Positions 46,477-54,550 of a stretch of 64,000 nt of DNA are shown here, one piece after another (the stretch's first letter is position 1; each line of letters opens with the position of its first letter). Source of the DNA: a virus (Duplodnaviria > Caudoviricetes); IMG/VR virus record IMGVR_UViG_3300024322_000001, one strand, 5' to 3'. Made by a program: the position numbers and the translations under genes. The notes below the pieces were generated by a model. The model was not told where the DNA came from. It was given only the letters and a program-made list of their open reading frames with translations, and made no database searches.

Positions 46477-46859
46477 GCAAATATTTTATAATTTTTTTCT
46501 TCGTTATAAGCAGCTACTTCATACGGGTGATTATTATAATCATAACCCATAGAGTAGTACCTTTTCATCCATAACGGAGACTGTAAATAATGTTGGTATT
46601 CATGAATAAGAGTTTCGATAATATGTTTTCTACTCTTCATATTAGGATAGTATACAACTATACTATTATCAGTATTATCAAACTCAGCATGACAACCATC
46701 TTCATCTCCTTGAGCATCTTCTTCTCCGCTATATCTAGCATAAATGTTATGATGTAACTCTACATAAGGAGTACAGTCGTAGAACTTAGAATACCCATAG
46801 TACTTTTCAATCTTAGGATAAACTTCTTTAATAATACTGTTTACTTGTTCTCTAGTCAT
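46473..46859 (-). CDS. Zincin-like HExxH metallopeptidase
   Basis: TLIHEYQHYLQ...YNNHPYEVAA. Confidence 0.75.
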   Translation of the reverse strand: MTREQVNSIIKEVYPKIEKYYGYSKFYDCTPYVELHHNIYARYSGEEDAQGDEDGCHAEFDNTDNSIVVYYPNMKSRKHIIETLIHEYQHYLQSPLWMKRYYSMGYDYNNHPYEVAAYNEEKNYKIFA

Positions 46860-46878
46860 AACCTTTATTTTATATATA

Positions 46879-46909
46879 AATATACGAAAAAATTAGGTAG
46901 TCTCCAACT
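46879..46909 (-). promoter_or_regulatory. Host-type promoter overlapping a TATTTATA motif (46875..46882)
   Basis: AGTTG-N20-TATATTTATA. Confidence 0.6.
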
Positions 46910-47465
46910 TTTCCAGTATGTCTTTTGAATTTATTTTTACTTTATATTGAATTTGAAGCTGCTTTATAACTGCTTCTTTTGCCCTATTGTTACCTTTAAA
47001 AAAACTAAATACTAATGAAGATTGTAATTTATTTACTTTTCCTTCTATTGCAGAACAGCTATCTTCTAATAGTTTAGAATCCTCTTCTGTAATATCTACT
47101 TCTATATCGTTTTGAGTAGCATAGTTAATCAATCCCAAGTAATCATTATCTTCATAGTAAGTTTTAACAGTATTAAATTCATCTACATTACCTCCTTTAT
47201 CTGGATGTGCTTTTACTGATACTTTCCTGTATAATTTTTTTATTCTTTCTGGAGTTTTAGGTTTCGTAACTACTTCCTCGGGTTTATCTTGTCTTATTTC
47301 TCCAGTTTCTTCGTTTCTCCAAAACTCTTTTTGAATATTATTAAAGTACTTACCAAATATATCTGTCCATTCTGTATGGTAATTATCAAATTCTTTTTGT
47401 AAGTCTTCTAACTCTAACTTTAAAAATTCGTACTTATAGGAGTATTTCTTGAGTATACGAGACAT
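46893..47465 (-). CDS. J-domain (DnaJ-like) protein
   Basis: IKKLYRKVSVKAHPDKGGNVDEF, with an intact HPD motif. Confidence 0.75.
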   Translation of the reverse strand: MSRILKKYSYKYEFLKLELEDLQKEFDNYHTEWTDIFGKYFNNIQKEFWRNEETGEIRQDKPEEVVTKPKTPERIKKLYRKVSVKAHPDKGGNVDEFNTVKTYYEDNDYLGLINYATQNDIEVDITEEDSKLLEDSCSAIEGKVNKLQSSLVFSFFKGNNRAKEAVIKQLQIQYKVKINSKDILEKLETT

Positions 47466-47470
47466 ACATC

Positions 47471-48799
47471 TTAATTAATATGTCCGTTAATTAACTTAGC
47501 AAGACCTTCTGCTAATAACTTAGCTTCATCCTGGAGTGGGTATATAGGGGTAGGTGTTTTTAGGGCTTCTTTAGGTTTGGTGGTATTTTCATTTAAAGCA
47601 TCATCTCCGTTTTTTAAACTATCTTCCCAATTTCTAAAGGTAATATTTCCGATTAGGTATGCTTCTTTTTCTATTTCAAGCAAGCTATCATCCTCGTTGG
47701 TATTTGTTGTACCGTACGTCTTTAGCCTACCTTCTATGTTTTGCATATGATGAACCATTTCATGTGAAAAGGATCTTACTATATCTTTATTATGTCTACC
47801 TTTAACGTATAAAACGATTTCCTTATTATTCGGATCATAATATGCTGTTTTACCAAAAAAGTTATTTGCAGCTACATCATCTTTTCTAAGCTTAACTTCA
47901 GGTAGAGGAACTATATTCATTTTCTGATCAAGCATATACTCTAATAAAGATGCTATATACTCTTTAAGTTTTGGAGCTCTCAACTCATCATCATTGTTAG
48001 ATTCTGTAATTGGTACGTCAAACTTAACTACTATATTATCACTGTTAAGGTTTATATTAGTACCGCTAGGAATTAATCGAGATATATAATCATAAAGAAA
48101 GTTAAGTTTCTTTTTATCTACTGAACGAGTTATTTCTTCTATAGAGGTATCTTCTTTTTCAAAGTAACCTTCTACAAATCCAGATAAATTACTACTTAAT
48201 ATTTCTGCAACTATTTTATCTTTTAAATCTGATAGTATGTTTAGGATTTCTTCTCTAGATAAAACTTCAGGAAAAAAATCTATAATATTATCTAAATCAC
48301 CGGCTAAAATACTTTTTCTAAAATCTGTTGCTCTTACTCCTGATCCGGGTGCTGCTGCTAATGCTAATCCTTGTACGTTAGGTGCATTTTTAAAAGTTGT
48401 TACTCTTCTTAAGTCAACAAAATCTTTATCTCCTCTAATACCGGTTACAGATACAAACTCTTGATCAGGGTTAGCTTGTGCATAATCTTTTGCAGCAAAC
48501 ATTGGATTAGATTCTCCATCGCGTATTTCAACATTACCTAAGTACTTAGAGTATACCTCCCATATAGACATTGATTCTTCCTTACTTATACCGTTTCTCT
48601 CACCTGCTCCAACAAATACTATAACTTTATCTATCTTAGGTTTTTCACTACTTCTGCCTTTAAGAAGTTCTGCACCTGTTTCTTTGTAATTATCTTTATT
48701 GTATACAGAACCATTATAAGATCCATCTAGTAAAGATTTCACTACATTGAAATGACCTCTGTGAGGTGGTTTATATGCTCCTGGATATAATGCTATCAT
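47471..48799 (-). CDS. HxGH nucleotidyltransferase fused to an HExxH metallopeptidase-like domain
   Basis: ALYPGAYKPPHRGH...VRATDFR; C-terminal TAYYDP...DIVRSFSHEMVHH...EKEAY. Confidence 0.7.
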   Translation of the reverse strand: MIALYPGAYKPPHRGHFNVVKSLLDGSYNGSVYNKDNYKETGAELLKGRSSEKPKIDKVIVFVGAGERNGISKEESMSIWEVYSKYLGNVEIRDGESNPMFAAKDYAQANPDQEFVSVTGIRGDKDFVDLRRVTTFKNAPNVQGLALAAAPGSGVRATDFRKSILAGDLDNIIDFFPEVLSREEILNILSDLKDKIVAEILSSNLSGFVEGYFEKEDTSIEEITRSVDKKKLNFLYDYISRLIPSGTNINLNSDNIVVKFDVPITESNNDDELRAPKLKEYIASLLEYMLDQKMNIVPLPEVKLRKDDVAANNFFGKTAYYDPNNKEIVLYVKGRHNKDIVRSFSHEMVHHMQNIEGRLKTYGTTNTNEDDSLLEIEKEAYLIGNITFRNWEDSLKNGDDALNENTTKPKEALKTPTPIYPLQDEAKLLAEGLAKLINGHIN

Positions 48800-49737
48800 G
48801 CTAAAAATGCTTGTACTTTTGTATTTATTTCTGCTACTGAGGAATGTTTTAATTTTTCTTGAAATGTTGGGTTATAAATCATTTCTACAATATTATCTAG
48901 TACTTGATCTGCTTTTTCTTTTCTTTTTTTACTACTCTCTCTGTACTTATCAACTGTAGCTTTGAGTTTATCTTGCCCTGGGCCTACTCCGTTTTTTCTG
49001 TAAGCTTTTAAAAATGCTATTTTTATAGCTTTATCTTCTGATCTGTTCTCTTTATCCCAACTTATACTACCTACATGTTTTATAAATTCTTGTTCTTCCT
49101 CAGGTGTCATTTCTACTGGTACAAAGAATGAAGATCCTCCAACGTTATTATCTTCGTTAAATTTTTCTAAGTAATCTTTTACTCCACTTAAGCCGGTTTT
49201 AGCAGCTTTGTCAAATCCTTCAACTTCTTTTTTGTACTTTCCTCCTCTATCACTAACGAATATAGATAAATTACCTTTTAATTGTCCATTAAAATCTTCT
49301 ATTTTAGCATACACGTTTCTCCAGGTTGCAAAAACAGAGTCTCCAGGTATATTTCTTTCTCTAGCCATAAAGTTAGATACGTATGAGATCATAGGATGAG
49401 CATACACCATAACCATATAGACTTCATACCCTAAAGCAAGTAGTTTATCTAAGTTTTTTTGGAAACCTGCTCCTGATGCGGTAGTGTCCCAAACAAAGCT
49501 AATTTTTTCTTCTGCTGCTGCCATTGCGTCTTTGGACGTTTGGTTGGCTGCTGGTCCTAGTTTGTTGTAGTACGGGTGATCTTTGTCCTCCACGTACTTG
49601 TCTGGGTTGAATTGTATTAGGCTGTCTAGGGACAGTTGGTTTAATAAGTATGTTTTCCCTGACCCTGCTCCTCCTGCCATTATTACTGCCTTCGGGGACG
49701 ACTTGTCTTCTAGTATTAGTGTTGATAGCTTTATCAT
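48796..49737 (-). CDS. Zeta-toxin-like P-loop kinase with MIKLSTLILE leader
   Basis: MAGGAGSGKT, NPD, VWDTT, GYEVYMVMV, RERNIP. Confidence 0.7.
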   Translation of the reverse strand: MIKLSTLILEDKSSPKAVIMAGGAGSGKTYLLNQLSLDSLIQFNPDKYVEDKDHPYYNKLGPAANQTSKDAMAAAEEKISFVWDTTASGAGFQKNLDKLLALGYEVYMVMVYAHPMISYVSNFMARERNIPGDSVFATWRNVYAKIEDFNGQLKGNLSIFVSDRGGKYKKEVEGFDKAAKTGLSGVKDYLEKFNEDNNVGGSSFFVPVEMTPEEEQEFIKHVGSISWDKENRSEDKAIKIAFLKAYRKNGVGPGQDKLKATVDKYRESSKKRKEKADQVLDNIVEMIYNPTFQEKLKHSSVAEINTKVQAFLA

Positions 49738-50329
49738 TGTTATTAAGTATTACTCTTTTATTATAATTAGTTCTTCTATTAGTATTACTACTACTATTAC
49801 GGCTAGTTGATAATCTAGAAGTTCTATATCCGTTAATATATGAAATATTTTCTCTTCTACTGTTATTCCATATTACATTATATCCTGGGTTGTTCCAAGG
49901 GCTTTGGTACCAATTCCTATAACCACTCCACCAATAGCTATTACTTCTCCAATAAGGTCTATTCCAACTATGCCAATTATTATAAGGGTACCCCCATACC
50001 CAATCATTCCACATTTGTGTTCTATCCCAATAGTAACTATAACCCCAATAGGGTCTATTCCAGTTATATCTATTACCTAGTAAACGATTATTCCAATCAA
50101 ATGAAGCTGGTTGGGATAAAGCATATTGTGCAAAATCGTATCTAAAATTAAAATCAGTTCTTAATTTATTCCGAACTTGAAATTCATTTAGAGTATCTAC
50201 TGTATAGTCTCCAGAAGAATAAATACCGTCTATATGACCAGCATGGTTTAATGCTGTATATTTAAATTGAACACCACAGCTAGTTAGTACTGATGTAATA
50301 AATAATGCTAATAGTATTCCTTTTTTCAT
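49499..50329 (-). CDS. Lipoprotein with Trp/Tyr/Asn-rich core and Arg-rich tail overlapping the kinase gene
   Basis: MKKGILLALFITSVLTSC lipobox; codon bias in the overlap supports the full-length frame. Confidence 0.7.
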   Translation of the reverse strand: MKKGILLALFITSVLTSCGVQFKYTALNHAGHIDGIYSSGDYTVDTLNEFQVRNKLRTDFNFRYDFAQYALSQPASFDWNNRLLGNRYNWNRPYWGYSYYWDRTQMWNDWVWGYPYNNWHSWNRPYWRSNSYWWSGYRNWYQSPWNNPGYNVIWNNSRRENISYINGYRTSRLSTSRNSSSNTNRRTNYNKRVILNNNDKAINTNTRRQVVPEGSNNGRRSRVRENILIKPTVPRQPNTIQPRQVRGGQRSPVLQQTRTSSQPNVQRRNGSSRRKN

Positions 50330-50332
50330 ATA

Positions 50333-51115
50333 TTATAATTTTAGAGTTGTAGGGTAACTATTATAAATAGGTTCAACAACAGGATGTTCTAAACTATATA
50401 ATTTATATATCATTTTAAATAGTTCAAAATTCTTTTCAATTTCATCTATTTGAAGTACTTTCCATCCTTTTCCTTGGATAACATTTTTCTGTTTAGAAGG
50501 TCCTCTAGAATGAGCTTTTAACCATACGATACCTGTTCTTTCTATCTTTACTCCTTTTGATTCTTCTAACGCTTTAGCATAAGATGCTAACTGTAAATCA
50601 TAAGACTTATGAATAGAATTAGAAGTTTTAATATCTAGTAGCCAAACTTCTCCGTCAATCTTACATACTATATCTGCAGTTCCTGCATACTTATGTTCGT
50701 CAGACCATACAAATTCTTCTGCTGATATAAGTTCAGGTTTATATGTAGTCCAGAAATCATGAAACTTTAAAATCATTTCCCATACTATTTGAGAGTATTT
50801 AGCATTTCCGTAATCATCCATCCAAGATACCTCTTCTCCTAGTATAAGTTTTTCACAAGCTTCATGTACTTGAGTTCCTTGTTTTCCTGCTCTTCGCATA
50901 ATAAGATCGGCGTTATGCCCAACGTCTTTAAGCCAAGACTCAAAAAACTTATTTTTGGGCATATACTGGAGTATAGTGGTTACGGAAGGATAGTATACTC
51001 CTTCGCCTCTCTTATAAACTCTTCTATCTAAGAAATTAATCTGTTTAAGTTGTGGATTAAAATCTAATCTTTTCTTCTCATTTTGTTCAAGAATATTCAT
51101 TCCTTGTTTTATCAT
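50333..51115 (-). CDS. PD-(D/E)XK exonuclease (Cas4/lambda-exo superfamily)
   Basis: YPSVTTIL, GTQVH, YAGTADIV, LLDIKTS, QLASY. Confidence 0.8.
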   Translation of the reverse strand: MIKQGMNILEQNEKKRLDFNPQLKQINFLDRRVYKRGEGVYYPSVTTILQYMPKNKFFESWLKDVGHNADLIMRRAGKQGTQVHEACEKLILGEEVSWMDDYGNAKYSQIVWEMILKFHDFWTTYKPELISAEEFVWSDEHKYAGTADIVCKIDGEVWLLDIKTSNSIHKSYDLQLASYAKALEESKGVKIERTGIVWLKAHSRGPSKQKNVIQGKGWKVLQIDEIEKNFELFKMIYKLYSLEHPVVEPIYNSYPTTLKL

Positions 51116-52035
51116 AGGTCTAGTTTTTGCAACATTATTTTAGTAAAATCTAATTCTGTTGCATGCTGTACTAATTCGGTGAAGGCTTTAAAACCCATAT
51201 CGGACGGGTCCTTACCGTTTAGCTCAATTAAAAATACTCTAAATCCTGCTGCTATAAGTTTTTCAGCTATCTCTAAAGCTTGGGTTTGTGCATCAGTATC
51301 CAATGCAATGTAAATATCTGTTAATTTTCCTGTAAGTAGTTTTTTCCATAACGATTTAGATAAGCTTTTACCTAAAATAGGTATAGCATTTCTCTTTATT
51401 GCCATAGCATCAAATGCACCTTCACAGAGTATAATAGGTGCATCCCAGTTAATAAAGTTTTCAAAAAAGATTATGTCTTTGGAAGCTTCCGGGTTTTTAT
51501 ATTTATAGTAGTTGCCGTCATAACTTCTTCCAACAAAATAGTTGAGGTGATTGGATGAAGAATAACTTGGGATAATAACTCGTCCTCCATACTCTCCACT
51601 TGTGCAATATCCAATACTATATTTAATAAAATCATTGTCGCAAAGTCCTCTCTCATATAAGTATTTTTTTACTAAGTTTGCAACTACAGATGTAGTAGAA
51701 GCTGAGTGTAGTAGTTGGAACTCTTTTGGTAGTTCTACTATAGATAGTTGTTTATACCCTATATTCGTCCCTTTCGGTAGGTACTTTAGTATTTCATTAG
51801 CTTGATCTCGAGGTGTTTTTAACTGCTTAAGGAGAGAGCGTATTGTTCGTCCTCTAGTTTGACACACCCAACATTCCCAAGGGTTATGCCCTTCTTCATT
51901 GGTTGCCATATTAATCTCCAACTTAGGCTTTCTATGATTGCAGAAAGGACAGTGGAAGGCGTGATTTTCTCTAGCTTTTTTATGAGATTTACCTAGTAAA
52001 TTTTCAATAGAGCCTAGTAAGAATGTATAATCCAT
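51112..52035 (-). CDS. DNA primase-like protein (Zn finger + TOPRIM)
   Basis: CPFCNH...CWVC, YLYERG, GRVIIP, KYKNP, CEGAFDA, LDTDA, KDPSD. Confidence 0.85.
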   Translation of the reverse strand: MDYTFLLGSIENLLGKSHKKARENHAFHCPFCNHRKPKLEINMATNEEGHNPWECWVCQTRGRTIRSLLKQLKTPRDQANEILKYLPKGTNIGYKQLSIVELPKEFQLLHSASTTSVVANLVKKYLYERGLCDNDFIKYSIGYCTSGEYGGRVIIPSYSSSNHLNYFVGRSYDGNYYKYKNPEASKDIIFFENFINWDAPIILCEGAFDAMAIKRNAIPILGKSLSKSLWKKLLTGKLTDIYIALDTDAQTQALEIAEKLIAAGFRVFLIELNGKDPSDMGFKAFTELVQHATELDFTKIMLQKLDL

Positions 52036-52062
52036 ACAGTTATTCCGTAACTATTAATTAAT

Positions 52063-52093
52063 AATATACGAAAAATAATTCTAAATATCAACT
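52063..52093 (-). promoter_or_regulatory. Host-type promoter upstream of primase
   Basis: AGTTG-N20-TATATT; the -33 element lies in the last codons of the upstream kinase gene. Confidence 0.6.
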
Positions 52094-52509
52094 AATTTAA
52101 GGTTATTTTTTTGATTTACCATAATGTTAGAAGGTCTAATATCAAGCTCGTCAGGATCTATACCGTGCTGTTCTGCTTCTCTATTGACATTTTCTACCCA
52201 TTCATCTGGTATCTCGCCTCTAAACTCTCCTAAAACCTCCATTTGTATAATTCCTAATTTAGGATTAATAACTTCTACTTCGTATATTCTAGCAAAGTTA
52301 TTTGTTTTTTTACCTTTAAGTATTTCAGCATGTTCTAACTCGATTTCGTCAGTAGTGACTTTATAAACTCTTCCATTAAGTAGGTAAGCTGATCCGTAAT
52401 CTCCAGAGCCTAAATGTTTACCTCCTAGATCTACTATCTTATCTACCTCTTTTTCAAATTCTGGATCGTAGTAAAGAATCTCTCCTAATATGACGTGTGA
52501 AAGTCTCAT
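52081..52509 (-). CDS. Minimal protein-kinase-like (PKL fold) protein with leader
   Basis: LGSGDYGSAY, VYKVT, IIQMEVL, DIRPSNIM, KLVDI; leader MRLSHVILGE. Confidence 0.75.
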   Translation of the reverse strand: MRLSHVILGEILYYDPEFEKEVDKIVDLGGKHLGSGDYGSAYLLNGRVYKVTTDEIELEHAEILKGKKTNNFARIYEVEVINPKLGIIQMEVLGEFRGEIPDEWVENVNREAEQHGIDPDELDIRPSNIMVNQKNNLKLVDI

Positions 52510-52515
52510 ACATGA

Positions 52516-52860
52516 TTAATTAGAAGGTCTTTTGAAATGGAACTTTATTTTTGGGTAGTAGTACCTCTCACCTGGGTCCTCTTCAAAGTAGTTAGAATCA
52601 GATTGAATATCGTAGCCTAATGATTTTACATAGTCGAGTATTTTATTCCACACTCCTTTTTCAAAATCAGAATTAACTAAGAAAGTAATGCTACCGAAAC
52701 TCATATCTTTTAATGGGTCATCATCAGAACGTCCACCAGCATAATCTCCTAGAGAAACCATAACTCTATCGATATTAAACTTATTGCTTATATCTTTCTC
52801 TAGAGCTTTTTCCTCTGCTTTGTACTCTCCAACTTCTAATATGATACTTGTTAATTTCAT
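52516..52860 (-). CDS. Leader-bearing hypothetical protein
   Basis: MKLTSIILE leader. Confidence 0.6.
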   Translation of the reverse strand: MKLTSIILEVGEYKAEEKALEKDISNKFNIDRVMVSLGDYAGGRSDDDPLKDMSFGSITFLVNSDFEKGVWNKILDYVKSLGYDIQSDSNYFEEDPGERYYYPKIKFHFKRPSN

Positions 52861-52994
52861 CTTCCTTGTCCTCTATACGCTTTTACGTAGTGTTTAGAAC
52901 CTTTAGAGCTTGAGTTCTTTGTTTTAGCATGAACGCCTGGTCTCTTCTTTTTTGATTCTCCTTTATAATTACCTAAGTTTAATACTTTTGCCAT
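52857..52994 (-). CDS. 45-aa basic peptide ending YRGQGR (not in ORF track)
   Basis: Hand translation MAKVLNLGNYKGESKKKRPGVHAKTKNSSSKGSKHYVKAYRGQGR; fills the gap exactly, with ATGA coupling to the next gene. Confidence 0.75.
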   Translation of the reverse strand: MAKVLNLGNYKGESKKKRPGVHAKTKNSSSKGSKHYVKAYRGQGR

Positions 52995-53242
52995 ATCTTT
53001 ACAACTAAATCACCTGTTCCTTTTATTAATCGGTGATATGTTCCTTTGGATATAAATAGCTTAGATTCATATAAAGATACAGGTAATTGATTGTCTAATT
53101 GAAATTTCCAGTCTGTAGTGTTAATTGCTTCAATCCATCTATCTTCTCTATCCCTATGCCAAACAAATTCATCTTCAGGCGTATCTTGACTAAACTCCCT
53201 AATTAAATAACCATCTTTTGTTTCCTGTGTATAGGGTCGCAT
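52979..53242 (-). CDS. Small cupin-fold protein
   Basis: WHRDRE...WKFQLD...I.KG.YHRLIKG...L.VKI. Confidence 0.65.
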   Translation of the reverse strand: MRPYTQETKDGYLIREFSQDTPEDEFVWHRDREDRWIEAINTTDWKFQLDNQLPVSLYESKLFISKGTYHRLIKGTGDLVVKIWQKY

Positions 53243-53769
53243 TATGCTTTAGTTTGTATACGAATCCACCTAGTACCGTCAGACCATACCATGATACCTT
53301 CGTGTGCTTTATCTAAGGTATACCCGTCTGGGTATTCATCGTTATCTAAAAACTGTCCCGGTGGTGCCATTAGTACTGCCTTAGTATTGGCTTCAAATTG
53401 ACTCCCCATAACAAATCTTATAGAACGGTAAGTACTAGTTTCTGATGTTGCATCAGGTAGTACTATATGTGCTTCGCCATTACCTCCAGACCAATTTACA
53501 TCTATCATTGAAGTATTTTCGTAGGTAGAGCCTGTAACGTAGTATTCCGGGTAGGGAGATGAACTCGACCCAGCTACTGTAATGAAGACTGGTACTAAGT
53601 AAGTATTTCCTGTGTTGGTTTGATTATAGTTATTTATAGAACTAGTTACGTAGTTATTAACTTGATCTAAAGTAGTATACTTAGTTACCCCATTCTGAAC
53701 ATCGACAAACAGTTCGTCACCTTGAAGTTCGGTAGATTGAGGTAGCCTTGAAATAGGTAGATTAGGCAT
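53242..53769 (-). CDS. Virion structural protein
   Basis: PISRLP...GDE...VQNGVT N-terminal anchor-like motif; IVLPDA...WSDGTRW C-terminal fibre-like domain. Confidence 0.5.
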   Translation of the reverse strand: MPNLPISRLPQSTELQGDELFVDVQNGVTKYTTLDQVNNYVTSSINNYNQTNTGNTYLVPVFITVAGSSSSPYPEYYVTGSTYENTSMIDVNWSGGNGEAHIVLPDATSETSTYRSIRFVMGSQFEANTKAVLMAPPGQFLDNDEYPDGYTLDKAHEGIMVWSDGTRWIRIQTKA

Positions 53770-53983
53770 GTCGAGTAGTTATATATATTCCTGAGTTATT
53801 TTCTTGTAAAATAGTAAATAGGTCTTCCTGTAGAAGGAATCCATCTATTCTTGGTCCTTTATTCTGTCTTATCAATTCATTTGACAGAGCATCGAGATAA
53901 AATCTATAATGTCGTATCTGTTCACTTTCATTTAAGATACGAATATGATTTTGATTTCGAAACTGTTTCCAAGTTAATTCCAT
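53762..53983 (-). CDS. Small hypothetical protein
   Basis: WKQF...ILNE leader-like region; FLLQED..ILQE motif. Confidence 0.5.
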   Translation of the reverse strand: MELTWKQFRNQNHIRILNESEQIRHYRFYLDALSNELIRQNKGPRIDGFLLQEDLFTILQENNSGIYITTRHA

Positions 53984-53986
53984 GTT

Positions 53987-54550
53987 TTACCAATACCCTG
54001 AAAAGTTTTTAGAGCCTCCTAAGGACTTCCAATAGCGTCCTATATTACAAGACCAGTATCCTGGTTTAGTTTTATCCTTCTTAGTAGAACATTTATGTCT
54101 AGCTGCAAATGAAGCTCTAGCTCCTGGTTCTTTTATTTTAACTGATAAGTTACCGCTATCGCCAAAATTTACTTTCTTTACATTTCCTGTTTTAGGGTTC
54201 TTAACATATACAAAGAATTTTTTAGGTCCGCCTCTTTTAGGTTTATTTAAGGGTACTTCTCTTCCTTTATATTCAGCTTCATCAATGTCTTCTTCAGCTA
54301 CCATGGGTAAATCTAATGGTACTTTTTCTCCTTCAAATACTCCGTACTCTCCTATATCTGTAGATTCTAGTAAATTTATGTCTTGTTCGTTTAGTTCTAT
54401 GAGACCGTCTCTCCAAGCGTCTCTCGCTTCAGCAAATAATTGTATAAAGTTATCACTAGAGTAACGGTAGACATTCTCATATAAAGAGAGACTGTTATCT
54501 ACATGGTACTGTAGAGATGGTAATCCGACTAAGTCTTTAATTTTTATCAT
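53987..54550 (-). CDS. Two-module protein with basic C-terminal domain common in aquatic T4-like phages
   Basis: IDE|AEYKGREVPLNKP...KKFFVYV...VKKVNFGD...SFAARHKC...GYWSC. Confidence 0.6.
   Translation of the reverse strand: MIKIKDLVGLPSLQYHVDNSLSLYENVYRYSSDNFIQLFAEARDAWRDGLIELNEQDINLLESTDIGEYGVFEGEKVPLDLPMVAEEDIDEAEYKGREVPLNKPKRGGPKKFFVYVKNPKTGNVKKVNFGDSGNLSVKIKEPGARASFAARHKCSTKKDKTKPGYWSCNIGRYWKSLGGSKNFSGYW

Noticed and set aside
48796-49737. Epsilon-zeta toxin-antitoxin system
   Set aside because: No antitoxin-like upstream gene; context is coupling to a nucleotidyltransferase plus a capsid-type leader.
50333-51115. Cas4 as a sign of a CRISPR-Cas locus
   Set aside because: The Fe-S cysteine set is absent and there are no other cas genes; this is a routine phage exonuclease beside primase.
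51471-51656. Alternative-frame ORF inside primase (similar cases at 39489..39701 and 63347..63538)
   Set aside because: Only about 60-70 codons with no recognisable motif, and without the clear codon distortion seen at 49499-49737; plausible by chance.
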